Assembly: GCA_965223345.1 (NCBI GenBank)
Contig: CBDCWG010000007.1
Coordinates: 32,001 to 96,000 of the forward strand
Origin: Nitrospinales bacterium
Lineage (GTDB): Bacteria > Nitrospinota > Nitrospinia > Nitrospinales > VA-1
DNA: 64,000 nucleotides
Direction of reading: 5' to 3'
A program made the position numbers and the translations under genes. The notes beneath the pieces are model-generated. The model searched no databases. It had not been told where the DNA came from and was given only the letters and a program-made list of their open reading frames with translations. Positions 38,167 to 49,285 of the stretch are shown piece after piece (positions within the stretch are counted from its first letter, which is position 1; each line of letters begins with the position of its first letter).

Positions 38167-38531
38167 CGGCCCCGATCTCCCAGGCAGGGAAAGATGGCCT
38201 TGAGCGCGTCGGCGGTCAGGACGATGGGTTTCTGCCGCCACCGCTCCTGAAACGCCGCCAGCCATTTGGGAACCAGGCTTTCCCCCTTTTCCCGCTCAGC
38301 ATTATTTTGCGGCAGGCAAAACGCCGGGGCGGTTTTCTCTTTTGTGTAATGCTCGTGCGCATCGACGACGCCCTGGATGTAAGCCCGGCAGACGGAATCG
38401 TCGAACAGCAAGGTGTCTCCGGTGCAATAGCGGATCATGTCCATGCCCTTCCACTGATCGGCCTGGACGGAGGGAACCGCCATGAAAAACCCGATGAACG
38501 CCAGTACGGCGCCGTGCAAATTCTGTTTCAT
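38163..38531 (-). CDS. Rap1a/Tai-like periplasmic immunity protein
   Basis: Signal peptide; KGMDMIRYC..CRAYIQGVVD..FCLP..KWL..ADALKAIFPC (four-Cys Rap1a pattern). Confidence 0.75.
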   Translation of the reverse strand: MKQNLHGAVLAFIGFFMAVPSVQADQWKGMDMIRYCTGDTLLFDDSVCRAYIQGVVDAHEHYTKEKTAPAFCLPQNNAEREKGESLVPKWLAAFQERWRQKPIVLTADALKAIFPCLGDRGR

Positions 38532-38920
38532 GAGAGGGTGTGCCTTTCTGTTATTGGGAATGCGGACCGCGCGCGGCTGCGGCGCCCGATCGGGCAAGCA
38601 CCGAACGCGTGCAACCGGAGTTCGATCCTGACCGCCACCCTAGCACAGCGGCTTCGCCCCGTTCAACCGGCTGTTCCCCTGCCCTGCACGCACGCGAACG
38701 GACCGCTTTCGGTTCGCCCTGAGCGGGAACCGCCCGGCCCACAAATGATTGACCCGCAATGCAATTGGGTTTAAGATAATTTTTCGGGTGTGGATAAAAT
38801 CATTGTCCGCCCGGCCGGTCCTTGCGGCAACTCAGGGCCCGCGGTTGGTTGTGAGAAAACCCAAACAGTATCTTTTTTGTCCAACGTTTCAGTCCACCCG
38901 GTGCGAATCGGGCGGCGCGC

Positions 38921-39397
38921 TTGCATTTCGTGGAACTTGAGGAAATCGTAAAGAAAAACCTGATCGACGGTAAAATCCTGAACCTGGAAACCCGTAAAAT
39001 CGGCGACGAAGGGATCAAGAAACTCGCCAACATGGAACTCCTCTCCGACGTGGTGCAGCTGGAGTTGGGAGAAAACGAGATCAGCAACGAAGGCGTCGCG
39101 GCGCTGTGCCGGTCGCCCTACATCGGCAAGTTGCGGATCCTGAATCTCAAGTCGAACCAGATCACCGCCGAAGGCGCGAAATCCCTCGCGGACTGCGAAA
39201 AGCTTTCCCAACTGGACCAACTGGTCCTGAAGTTCAACCGCATCGGTGAAGAAGGCGCGAAATTCATTTCCGAATCCGAGACGCTCGGACAATTGACCAC
39301 TCTGGACCTGTTCCGCAACCGCATCGGTGAAGAAGGCGCGCGGGCCATCAAAACCTCGAAGAACTTTCGCAATCTCAACCGGGTCCGGCTGGACTGA
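38921..39397 (+). CDS. Leucine-rich repeat protein (RNI-like, about 28-aa repeats)
   Basis: L.L..N.I..EG...LA repeated about five times. Confidence 0.85.
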   Translation: MHFVELEEIVKKNLIDGKILNLETRKIGDEGIKKLANMELLSDVVQLELGENEISNEGVAALCRSPYIGKLRILNLKSNQITAEGAKSLADCEKLSQLDQLVLKFNRIGEEGAKFISESETLGQLTTLDLFRNRIGEEGARAIKTSKNFRNLNRVRLD

Positions 39398-39440
39398 CCG
39401 TTTCCGGCCTCACCCGTGCAACCCACCCGGATCGCATCCG

Positions 39441-39878
39441 ATGGCGGCAACGCGTTTGTCTGACATGGACCTGAATCGATCGTTTCCCCGCAGCCCGACG
39501 GAAAAAATGGCGGGCCTGGTGCATCTGCCGCGCATGCTCGACAAGGCGCGGGCGAAGCGGAACGACACGCTTGGAGAATACATCTATCCCTGCCCCCTCG
39601 ACGACATCCTGCTCGAATTCCTCGGTGTCGATGGCGACGGGCTGGCGGACCGCGCCGGATCGCAGCCGGATGCAGACATCGCCCGCTGGGCGGCCGAACA
39701 GTGCGGTCATCGCAGCGAAGCGGAGAAGGAAGCGCTCAACCGCAGCATCCTGGACCGAAAACCCGATACGGATGAGAGGCGAAAAAAATTCATCGACGCA
39801 CGGGACAAAATCGCACCCAACCGGCAGGACATCACTACCTGGGTCGGCCTCATCGACCTTGAAGAAGGACGGCTTTGA
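39441..39878 (+). CDS. DUF5069 domain protein
   Basis: MDLNRSFPRSP..AGLVHLPRMLDKARA..LGEYIYPCPLD..FLG..TW..IDLEEGR. Confidence 0.85.
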   Translation: MAATRLSDMDLNRSFPRSPTEKMAGLVHLPRMLDKARAKRNDTLGEYIYPCPLDDILLEFLGVDGDGLADRAGSQPDADIARWAAEQCGHRSEAEKEALNRSILDRKPDTDERRKKFIDARDKIAPNRQDITTWVGLIDLEEGRL

Positions 39879-39965
39879 AGGTTCCCTGATTTTCGCGAAA
39901 TACGGGAACGCTTTGAGCTGAATCGTTTTTTTGCAGCATTGTTCAATCCTCAATCACGGCACCTC

Positions 39966-42362
39966 ATGAAAATATTCCAGAAAGAACGCGCGCGCAAGCA
40001 ATCGGAAGCCAAGGGCAAAAACACGGTGATGAAAATGATCCTGCTTTCGGGATTCTTCCTTTTCATCCTAGTGATGATCGTGGGCTTTTCCGGCGCGGCA
40101 TTCCTTTATTTCCGTTACTCCAAGGACCTGCCGGACGTGCGGCAGCTCAAGGATTACGAGCCCAGCACGATCACGCGGCTTTATTCGGACTACGACGAGC
40201 TGATCGCGGAGTTCTATGTCGAAAAGCGCATTCTGACGCCGCTCGAAGACATCCCGCTGTCGCTGAAACAGGCGACGCTCGCCGTCGAGGATTCGAATTT
40301 TTATTACCATTTCGGCATCGACCCGAAAGCGATCTTCCGGGCGTTTCTGACCAACCTCAAGGCGGGCCGCGTGGTGGAGGGCGGCAGCACGATCACCCAG
40401 CAGCTGTCGAAAACGCTGTTTCTCACGACGGACCGCAACCTCACCCGCAAAATCAAGGAGGCCATCCTCGCCATCCGCATGGAACTGATCTTCTCGAAGG
40501 ACGAGATCCTCGAGATGTACCTGAACCAGATCTACTACGGCCACGGCAGTTACGGTGTGGAAGGCGCTTCCCGGACCTACTTCGGCAAGCACGTGCAGGA
40601 TCTCACGATCGAGGAATGCGCGATGCTCGCCAGCCTGCCGAAAGCGCCCAACAATTACTCGCCGTACAAGAACCCGAAGCGCGCGAAGAAAAGGCGCAAC
40701 CACGCCATCCGCCGCATGCTGCACCACGGTTTCATCTCCGAAGCGCAGGCGGCGGAAGCGCAGGCGAGCGAATTCAATCTGGGTGAAGTCACGGACATGC
40801 TCAACCGCGCGCCCTATTTTGTGGAGCACATCCGCCAGTTTCTGCAGGACACCTACGGTTCCAAAAAGCTGTACCGCGGCGGGCTGAAGGTGTACACCAC
40901 GCTCAACATGGACTCGCAGGAGGTGGCGCAGAAAGCGGTGCGGGAAAACCTGCTGGTGACGGACAAGCGCTACGGTTACCGCGGGCCGATCGGCACCATC
41001 CAGGTGAAGGACAACCTGCTGATGGCGCAGAACACGCTGCTGGAGCTGAACGACTTCAGCGAAGAACAGAAACCGGATGTGGGCGCTTTGCTCAAGGGCG
41101 CGGTGCTGGAGGTGACGGACGACGACGCGCTGGTTCTGTTGGGCCGGGACGAAGGCGTCATCGAGCTCAAGGACATGGACTGGGCGCGGCGGCCGAACAT
41201 CAAGGTGGACGGGCAATGGGCCAGGATTTCCCGGGCGCGCGACGCGCTTTCGGTCGGCGACCTCATACTGGTGCGGGTGCTGGGAACGCGCGAGGAGGAC
41301 ATGCGCTGGTCGCTGGCGCTGGAGCAGGAGCCGGATGTGGAAGCGGGACTGATCAGCCTAGAGTCCGGCACCGGCCACATCAAGGCGATGGTGGGCGGCT
41401 ACGATTTTTCCAAAAGCCAGTTCAACCGCGCGGTGCAGGCGATCCGCCAGCCGGGCTCGGCGTTCAAGCCCATCATCTACGCCGCGGCGATCGAAGAGGG
41501 CTTCAATCCGGCGAGCATCATCATCGACTCTCCCATCATCTTCAAGGAGAAGGAAGACGCGTTCGACAAATGGAAGCCGGTCAATTTTGAAGAGAAATTC
41601 TACGGTCCCACGCCCCTGCGCACCGCGCTGACCCATTCGAGAAACGTGGTCACCGTGAAACTGCTGCAGAACATCGGCGTGAAGCGCGCCATCCAGATGG
41701 CCCGCAACCTGGGAATCACCAGCCACATGGCCAACAACCTGTCGATCGCCCTGGGTTCCTCCGGCGTGACGCTGTACGAGCTGACTTCGGCCTACTCCAC
41801 GTTCGCCAACCTGGGGCAGCGCATCAACCCGATCGCCGTGCGCCTGATCGAAAACCGCGACGGCGAGGTGCTCTATACCGCCCAGCCCAGCATCACGCAG
41901 CCGATCTCAAGCGGCGTCGCCTACACCATCACCAGCCTGCTGCAGAGCGTGGTCGAAAACGGCACCGGCAAAAAAGTGAAGGTGCTCAAGCGGCCGGTGG
42001 CGGCGAAAACCGGAACCACCAACAACTACGTGGACGCCTGGTTCATCGGCTACACGCCGGAGGTGGTGACCGGCGTGTGGGTGGGTAAGGACGAGGACGA
42101 ACCTTTAGGGGCCAACGAAACGGGCTCGCGCGCAGCGATTCCCATCTGGCTGCAGTACATGAAGGAGGTGCTCGCGGGGGTTCCGGTGCGCAATTTCCCG
42201 GTGTCGGATGAGGTCGTCTTCATGAAGATCAACCCGGAATCCGGCAAGGGCGCGCACTTCGACGAGGTCGGCTCCAAGTTCGAGATCTTTGTGGATAACA
42301 AAATTCCCGAAGAGGAAGAAGAGCTTCTGCTGCTCGGGGAACAGCAGGGAAATACGTTTTAG
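39966..42362 (+). CDS. mrcA: Penicillin-binding protein 1A (transglycosylase - OB insert - transpeptidase)
   Basis: EDSNFYYHFGID, GGSTITQQL, RKIKE; SAFK, SRN and KTG motifs. Confidence 0.93.
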   Translation: MKIFQKERARKQSEAKGKNTVMKMILLSGFFLFILVMIVGFSGAAFLYFRYSKDLPDVRQLKDYEPSTITRLYSDYDELIAEFYVEKRILTPLEDIPLSLKQATLAVEDSNFYYHFGIDPKAIFRAFLTNLKAGRVVEGGSTITQQLSKTLFLTTDRNLTRKIKEAILAIRMELIFSKDEILEMYLNQIYYGHGSYGVEGASRTYFGKHVQDLTIEECAMLASLPKAPNNYSPYKNPKRAKKRRNHAIRRMLHHGFISEAQAAEAQASEFNLGEVTDMLNRAPYFVEHIRQFLQDTYGSKKLYRGGLKVYTTLNMDSQEVAQKAVRENLLVTDKRYGYRGPIGTIQVKDNLLMAQNTLLELNDFSEEQKPDVGALLKGAVLEVTDDDALVLLGRDEGVIELKDMDWARRPNIKVDGQWARISRARDALSVGDLILVRVLGTREEDMRWSLALEQEPDVEAGLISLESGTGHIKAMVGGYDFSKSQFNRAVQAIRQPGSAFKPIIYAAAIEEGFNPASIIIDSPIIFKEKEDAFDKWKPVNFEEKFYGPTPLRTALTHSRNVVTVKLLQNIGVKRAIQMARNLGITSHMANNLSIALGSSGVTLYELTSAYSTFANLGQRINPIAVRLIENRDGEVLYTAQPSITQPISSGVAYTITSLLQSVVENGTGKKVKVLKRPVAAKTGTTNNYVDAWFIGYTPEVVTGVWVGKDEDEPLGANETGSRAAIPIWLQYMKEVLAGVPVRNFPVSDEVVFMKINPESGKGAHFDEVGSKFEIFVDNKIPEEEEELLLLGEQQGNTF

Positions 42363-42369
42363 GTTGGGT

Positions 42370-44391
42370 TCAATCGACCTGGGAGATCTTGCGGTTCTGC
42401 ACCTGCAGGGTGAAAAGCTGCTTTTCGGAGTCGCCGGAGCTTGAGATGCTGGTCTGGCCGGAAACGCCGGGGTAGTTTCTGAGCGATTGCAGCTGCTCGG
42501 CGATCTGCAGCCGGTTCTGCGCACCCTTTTTGATCATCTCGATGAGGATCTGCGCGCCGTCGTAAGCCTGGGCGGAATACAGGCCCGGTGCGCCGCCGAA
42601 GTTGGATTTGAACGCGTTCACGAATTTCTGCACTTTGGGTTTCTTGGAGTCGGCGAAAAACCCGTCCACGAAAAATCCCGTCTTCAAATAATTGCCGGCG
42701 ATTTCCAGCAACTGCGGCGAGTTCCAGCCGTTGGCTCCCAAAAGCACGATGTCTTCGATGTTGTAAAACACCAGCTGCGGAATGATGAGGCCGACCTTGT
42801 CGTAGAAGCCCGGCATGAAGATCGCATCGTAGCTCAACTCGAGCGAAGCCTGCAAATCCTCGATGTCCTCTTCGGTGAACAGGCCCATCTCGATCACCGG
42901 CTGGGACAGGCCGCCTTTCTGCTTGAACCGCTCCATCCCCTCTTCGCTCTGCAACTGGTCGCGCGTCATCTTCAACAGCTGATCGTCGGAAACGCCGCCG
43001 AGTTCCAGAATCTGCGGCTTGAAATCGGTCTGCGCCCGGTCGTAGGGCACGCTCGCCACGATCTCGCCGCCCAGCGCGCGGATCTCCTTTTCGAAATGCT
43101 GCTTGAGTTCGATGCCGAACGCCTCCTGCGGATACAGCACGGCGAAGCGCCTGAGATTGAGCTTGTTGAAACTGTAATCGGCGATGTGCCGCGCCTGGAT
43201 GTCGCGCGTCAGGGCGTTGCGGAAGATGTAGGGGCTCAACTGCGTCAGCCCGTCGGCGGAGGCGGTGGGCGTGATGACGGGAAGCTTGTAGCGGTCCACC
43301 AGCGGCGCGATGTCTTTCACCTCGCCGCTCTGCACCGGACCGACCACGGCCACCACATTGGGATCGGCGGCCAGCTCTTCCAGGATCTCGGTGACGGGCC
43401 GGCCGGAGGCGGAATCCTTCACCACCAGTTCCAGCTTCTGCCGGTTTTTCAGGCCGGACTGGTTGACCGCAAGCTGGATGCCCTGCAACACCTGCTGGCC
43501 GGTGACCGCGAGTTTGCCGGACAGCGGCACCACCGCGCCGATCCTAAGCCTGAGTTCGGGGTTGTCGGTTACCTGTTTCCAGTACGCTTCGAACCGCGGC
43601 CGTTCCGGATGCTGCGGATAGAGGCGCGCCAGATCCTTGAGGGCGTTCTGGTATTTGTAGATGTCGCGCTGGTTGCGATACAGGGACAGCAGTTTTTTGA
43701 GCAGCAGGTCGCCGGGGAACTGTGCGCCGTAGTTGTCTTTGAGGATGTGCACCTCCGCCTCGGACAGTTTCTCGTCGATGATCGATTCGATCAGCTGACG
43801 CGCCGAGGTGCGGATGGCGCCGTCCTCGTTCTGTTCGTAGACGTTGTTGAGCTTGGCGATCGCGCCGGTGTAGTCGAATTTTTCCTCATCCACCCGCGCA
43901 AGCTGGTAGAGCGCCTTCCAGCGCACGGCGCGGTTGGGGTGGGTCTTGAGGACAGTGCGGAAATTCTGGTCGGCGTCGGGGTACTGGGCGAGTTCGAAAT
44001 AGCAGAGCCCCATGTTCATGTGCACATCGGGGGCCATCTCCGTGCCGGGAAACCGTTCCAGCAGCATCTGGTAAAAACGCAGGGCGGTGGCGTAGGATTC
44101 CTCTTTCTGGTCGATCTGGCCGAGCCGGTACAGGGCGCGCGCCGACCATTTGTTGTGCGGCTTTTGCGTGACGAAATCGTGGTACAGCGATTTCGCCTCA
44201 GCAAAGCGGCCGGCATGAAAATGGAACTCCGCGTCGCGGAACAGGTCCGTCTCGCCGAACGGCCGGCTTTCCGGTGCGGCGGTCTGCGCCTCCACCGGGT
44301 TCACCCCGGCGAGCAGCAGGACGGCCAGGCCCAAGGCAAACGTTATGCGCACGACGGCCGTGCTTATCCCTCTGAGTCTTGAAAAAGGCAT
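42370..44391 (-). CDS. LpoA-like protein: TPR N-terminus plus type I periplasmic-binding-protein C-terminus
   Basis: Signal peptide; BamD/YbgF-like TPRs; RIGAVVPLSG..GIQLAV..VVKDS..VVGP..IFMP..LLGANGWNS..AQAYDG. Confidence 0.8.
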   Translation of the reverse strand: MPFSRLRGISTAVVRITFALGLAVLLLAGVNPVEAQTAAPESRPFGETDLFRDAEFHFHAGRFAEAKSLYHDFVTQKPHNKWSARALYRLGQIDQKEESYATALRFYQMLLERFPGTEMAPDVHMNMGLCYFELAQYPDADQNFRTVLKTHPNRAVRWKALYQLARVDEEKFDYTGAIAKLNNVYEQNEDGAIRTSARQLIESIIDEKLSEAEVHILKDNYGAQFPGDLLLKKLLSLYRNQRDIYKYQNALKDLARLYPQHPERPRFEAYWKQVTDNPELRLRIGAVVPLSGKLAVTGQQVLQGIQLAVNQSGLKNRQKLELVVKDSASGRPVTEILEELAADPNVVAVVGPVQSGEVKDIAPLVDRYKLPVITPTASADGLTQLSPYIFRNALTRDIQARHIADYSFNKLNLRRFAVLYPQEAFGIELKQHFEKEIRALGGEIVASVPYDRAQTDFKPQILELGGVSDDQLLKMTRDQLQSEEGMERFKQKGGLSQPVIEMGLFTEEDIEDLQASLELSYDAIFMPGFYDKVGLIIPQLVFYNIEDIVLLGANGWNSPQLLEIAGNYLKTGFFVDGFFADSKKPKVQKFVNAFKSNFGGAPGLYSAQAYDGAQILIEMIKKGAQNRLQIAEQLQSLRNYPGVSGQTSISSSGDSEKQLFTLQVQNRKISQVD

Positions 44392-44440
44392 GGCAGTTTA
44401 CGGGAAATCGGCCGCAACGCGCCGCTTCCCACTGGAACCG

Positions 44441-45835
44441 TCATTCTTCCGGTTCCATCTCTCCTTTGAGCTTGTGTTTTTGAATCCGGTATCGCATGGA
44501 CCGGAAACTCAGATTGAGCTGCTTGGCGGCCTTGTTGATGATGCCGTTGGTCTGCTCCAGCGCGCCGCGCAGCATGCGCTTTTCAATCTGGTCGAGCGTC
44601 TTCTCCAGGTCCATGGGCTGATTGTCCATCACCGGCATCAGGTCGTCCGGGGACTCCGGCGAGCCGGAGATCTCGTCGGGGAGGCTGGCAACCTGGATCT
44701 TGTCCTCGGTCTCCAGCACCACCGCCCGTTCGATGACGTTTTCCAGTTCACGCACGTTGCCCGGCCAGGCGTATTTTTCCAGCAGGCTCATGGCCTCGGG
44801 CTCGATGCCTTGAATCTGGGCGTTTTCCTGACGCCCTTCATTGTACTTGCTGATGAAGTAATTGACCAGCATGGGAATGTCGTCCCGGCGCTCGCGCAGC
44901 GGCGGCAGCTTGAGGGGAATGACGTTGAGCCGGTAGTAGAGGTCCTCGCGGAAGGTTTTGTTTTTGACGGCCTTGGTCAGATCCACGTTGGAGGCGGCGA
45001 TGATCCTCAGATCGATGGGGATCGACTGGGTGCCGCCGACGCGCACGATCTCCTTCTCCTGCAGCACGCGCAGCAGCTTCACCTGGATGGACAGCGGCGC
45101 TTCGCCGATCTCGTCGAGGAAAAACGTGCCCTTGCTCGCCGTTTCCATCAGGCCGATCTTCTGCGAATCGGCGCTGGTGAACGCGCCTTTTTCGTGGCCG
45201 AACAGCTCGCTTTCCAGCAGGTTTTCCGGCACCGCGCCGCAGTTGATGGAGATGAAGGGGTAGTTCTTGCGCGGGCCGTTGAAGTGGATGGCCTTCGCCA
45301 CCAGCTCCTTGCCGGTGCCGCTTTCGCCGCCGATCAGCACGGTAGCGCTGCTTTCCGCCACCTTTTCGATGAGCTTGAACACGCTGATCATCGGCGGGCT
45401 TTTGCCGATGATGTTGGAAAAACCGTATTTGTCCTTGAGCGCCGAACGCAGGTAGTTGTTCTCGTCGGAGAGCATCTTCTTCTCGACGGCGTTCTTGACG
45501 ATGAGCTGCAAATCCTCGATTTTAAAGGGCTTGGAGATGTAGTCGTAGGCGCCTTTTTTCATCGCCTCGACGGCGGTCTCGGCGGAGGCGTAGGCGGTCA
45601 TCAGCACCACCGGGGTCAGCGGGTGGACGGCCTTCACCGCTTCCAGCACGTCGATGCCGTTGGCCTTTTTCATCTTGTAATCGGTGATCACCAGATCGAA
45701 CTCGCTGTCCGCGGCGAGCTTCATGCCCTTTTCGCCCGTTTCGGCGGTTTCGACCTCGTGGCCGTCGTTTTCCAGCATGATGGTGAGAAAATCGCGCAAA
45801 CTCTTTTCGTCGTCAACGACAAGAATCGAACTCAT
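44441..45835 (-). CDS. sigma-54-dependent response regulator (PilR/AtoC-like)
   Basis: Receiver (ILVVDDE..ITD..KPF), [49 protein letters not shown] is PilR-like. Confidence 0.93.
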   Translation of the reverse strand: MSSILVVDDEKSLRDFLTIMLENDGHEVETAETGEKGMKLAADSEFDLVITDYKMKKANGIDVLEAVKAVHPLTPVVLMTAYASAETAVEAMKKGAYDYISKPFKIEDLQLIVKNAVEKKMLSDENNYLRSALKDKYGFSNIIGKSPPMISVFKLIEKVAESSATVLIGGESGTGKELVAKAIHFNGPRKNYPFISINCGAVPENLLESELFGHEKGAFTSADSQKIGLMETASKGTFFLDEIGEAPLSIQVKLLRVLQEKEIVRVGGTQSIPIDLRIIAASNVDLTKAVKNKTFREDLYYRLNVIPLKLPPLRERRDDIPMLVNYFISKYNEGRQENAQIQGIEPEAMSLLEKYAWPGNVRELENVIERAVVLETEDKIQVASLPDEISGSPESPDDLMPVMDNQPMDLEKTLDQIEKRMLRGALEQTNGIINKAAKQLNLSFRSMRYRIQKHKLKGEMEPEE

Positions 45836-45997
45836 GATTTTTTTTAGGTATCCGGCTCATTGGGGTTGGGTGGGTGACCTGCCGTCTTTTCGCGGGGACG
45901 CGTAAAAAAACACAACAGGCCGACAAAAACTGGCTGGGACGCCAAAAAACGTCACACACACTATATATCAAACTCGTTCAAAAACATAGGGAGATTT

Positions 45998-46756
45998 TTG
46001 AGGGATGATCGGATTCTGTTATCATTAAAACTTCCTATTCCCCAAAAACAAGGCGGATTGCAATTGAGTGTGCTCACCCAAAATACGTTGGATCGAGATG
46101 GTTACGAGATTTGGCGGGAAGTTCTCAACTTCCGTGAGATTGAGAAAATAAAAAACCATCTGACAAAACAACCAGCCGAAGGTGCTGGGTCGAGAATCCG
46201 ACTGAGTGAACATATCTGGTTAACTGATCTCATATGCTCCCCAAAAATACGCGGGATGATTGAGTCTCATCTGGGAAGTCGAGCCGCAGCCGTTCGGGCG
46301 CTTTTCTTTGACAAACGTCCCGAAGCCAACTGGAGCGTGCGGTGGCACCAGGATAAAACGATCGCCGTGAAAGCAAAAATCCCCACGGGTGGGTATTGCG
46401 GATGGTCTTTAAAGGAAGGCGTCCTCCACGTTCACCCTCCTGTGGAGGTCATGGAAAACATGCTGGCGTTGCGCCTGCACCTCGATCCCGCCGGTCCACA
46501 AAACGGCGGTTTGCGTGTGTATCCGGGCTCCCACAGATTCGGATATGTAAAAGATAAAACGCTATCTGAAACGGTAAAACGATTTGAGTCTGTTCCAACG
46601 GACGCAACTGCCGGAGATGCGATCCTCATGCGCCCGCTTCTTTTGCATTCATCCGAGCGCTGTCAATCCGGGCGGCGGCGCGTCCTTCATATCGAATTTG
46701 CCTCCAACCCTCTCCCCGGACCGCTCGAATGGAATGAATTTATTTCTTTAAGCTAG
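45998..46756 (+). CDS. Phytanoyl-CoA dioxygenase (PhyH) family Fe(II)/2OG dioxygenase
   Basis: FDK..NWSVRWHQD, RLHLD..NGGLRVYPGSH, MRPLLLHSS, RRVLHIEF. Start uncertain. Confidence 0.85.
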   Translation: MRDDRILLSLKLPIPQKQGGLQLSVLTQNTLDRDGYEIWREVLNFREIEKIKNHLTKQPAEGAGSRIRLSEHIWLTDLICSPKIRGMIESHLGSRAAAVRALFFDKRPEANWSVRWHQDKTIAVKAKIPTGGYCGWSLKEGVLHVHPPVEVMENMLALRLHLDPAGPQNGGLRVYPGSHRFGYVKDKTLSETVKRFESVPTDATAGDAILMRPLLLHSSERCQSGRRRVLHIEFASNPLPGPLEWNEFISLS

Positions 46757-46797
46757 CTTTATAAATTTATAAGTGTGGGATTTCGGTCTATCAACTG

Positions 46798-48006
<1,209 letters not shown>

Positions 48007-48084
48007 GATGCGTGTTTCGCTCTAAATAAAGGGTTTGCCTCGCTCCCCTGCCCCGCCCCGGGAGCCCTTCGGTCTTTGCCGTGC

Positions 48085-48169
48085 TCATGCTTCGACAGGC
48101 TCAGCATGACATTTTGGGCAACCACGTCAAGGCTTCCAAACCGTCACCCTGAGCTTGTCGAAGGGTGAC
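48085..48169. repeat. Pair of REP-like palindromes upstream of argG
   Basis: TCATGCTTCGACAGGCTCAGCATGACA (48085-48111) and GTCACCCTGAGCTTGTCGAAGGGTGAC (48143-48169). Confidence 0.8.
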
Positions 48170-48256
48170 CGTTCTCGGGGAAACGCAGGAAATGCAGTCC
48201 CGGCGCAAGTCAGGGTCAGTCCAAGAGGGGTATCATACCCGTTACGGGATGCGGGT

Positions 48257-49246
48257 TCAACGGAGGAATTTGTCGCCAAGAGCGTACTGCGCGGCGCCCA
48301 TAAGGGCCGCTTTTTCATTGAGTATCACCTTGACGGGCACCTGGCTCAGCAGGCTGTCGAAGCGCCCCTTGGAGAGAAACGCGTCCATGAAGGAGCCGGT
48401 TTTGATGAGGGAGAGGATTTTCGGGGCGATGCCGCCGCCCACGTAGACGCCGCCTGCGGCAAGAAACTGCAGCGCCAGGTTGCCGGCGGCGGCGCCGTAC
48501 AGGGAGACGAAGATCTCCAGCGCCTGCGAGCAGGCGGCAAATTTTTTTTGCAATCCCGCCTGGGTGATGACGACGCCGGGGTCGCCTTCGGCGATGGCTT
48601 TCGTCAGCCACTCGGGCTCGGCATGCGAACCGTGCTGGCGCACGAACTGGTAGATGTTGTGCAGACCGGGGCCGGACAGCACGCGCTCGATGCTCACACG
48701 GCCGAACTTGCCGCTCAGAAAATGCAGCATCTCGGCTTCGGTCCGGGTGCGCGGCGCGAAATCGCAATGGCCGCCTTCGGAATCGAGGATCTGGTAAGTG
48801 CCGGAACCGGTGGGGATGAGAAACGCCTCGCCCAGGCCGGTGCCCGCGGCGATCACGGCGATGCGGCCGTCGGTAACGGGCGCGCCGGGTTGCAGGGTTT
48901 CCACTTCGCCGTTGGCGAGAAAGGGCACGGCGCAGGCGGTGGCGGCGAGGTCGTTGATCAGCCAGACGTCATCGAGCGCGAGTTTGCGCTTGAGGCTCTG
49001 CACGTCCACCACCCAGGGCAGGTTGGTGACTTCGCAGCGGCCGTCCTTCACCGGACCGGCGATGCCGAATCCGGCGCGGGACAGTTTGGCGTGCTCTTTG
49101 GCGCAGTATTCGGAGAGGATGGCCTCCAGCCCGGAATATTTACGGCTCTCGAACTTGGCCTCGTTGACGGCGCGCAATGCGCCGTTGTGGTTTTCGAACA
49201 GCGCCAGATTGACTTTGGTGCCGCCGATGTCGCCTGCTAGGATCAT
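48257..49246 (-). CDS. glk: Glucokinase
   Basis: ILAGDIGGTK, GIAGPV, TNLPW, LIND, GTGLG, SEGGH, ERVLSGPG. Confidence 0.96.
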   Translation of the reverse strand: MILAGDIGGTKVNLALFENHNGALRAVNEAKFESRKYSGLEAILSEYCAKEHAKLSRAGFGIAGPVKDGRCEVTNLPWVVDVQSLKRKLALDDVWLINDLAATACAVPFLANGEVETLQPGAPVTDGRIAVIAAGTGLGEAFLIPTGSGTYQILDSEGGHCDFAPRTRTEAEMLHFLSGKFGRVSIERVLSGPGLHNIYQFVRQHGSHAEPEWLTKAIAEGDPGVVITQAGLQKKFAACSQALEIFVSLYGAAAGNLALQFLAAGGVYVGGGIAPKILSLIKTGSFMDAFLSKGRFDSLLSQVPVKVILNEKAALMGAAQYALGDKFLR

Positions 49247-49285
49247 CCCCTCTCCCGGTCGGTTGGGTCCGCGTCGCCTGCGGCC

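Noticed and set aside
38560..38760. Riboswitch (c-di-GMP-I or cobalamin) upstream of the Rap1a-like gene
   Set aside because: Only a fragmentary GGGCGAACC-GAAA resemblance; I could not build the conserved second stem. An Infernal/Rfam scan would be decisive
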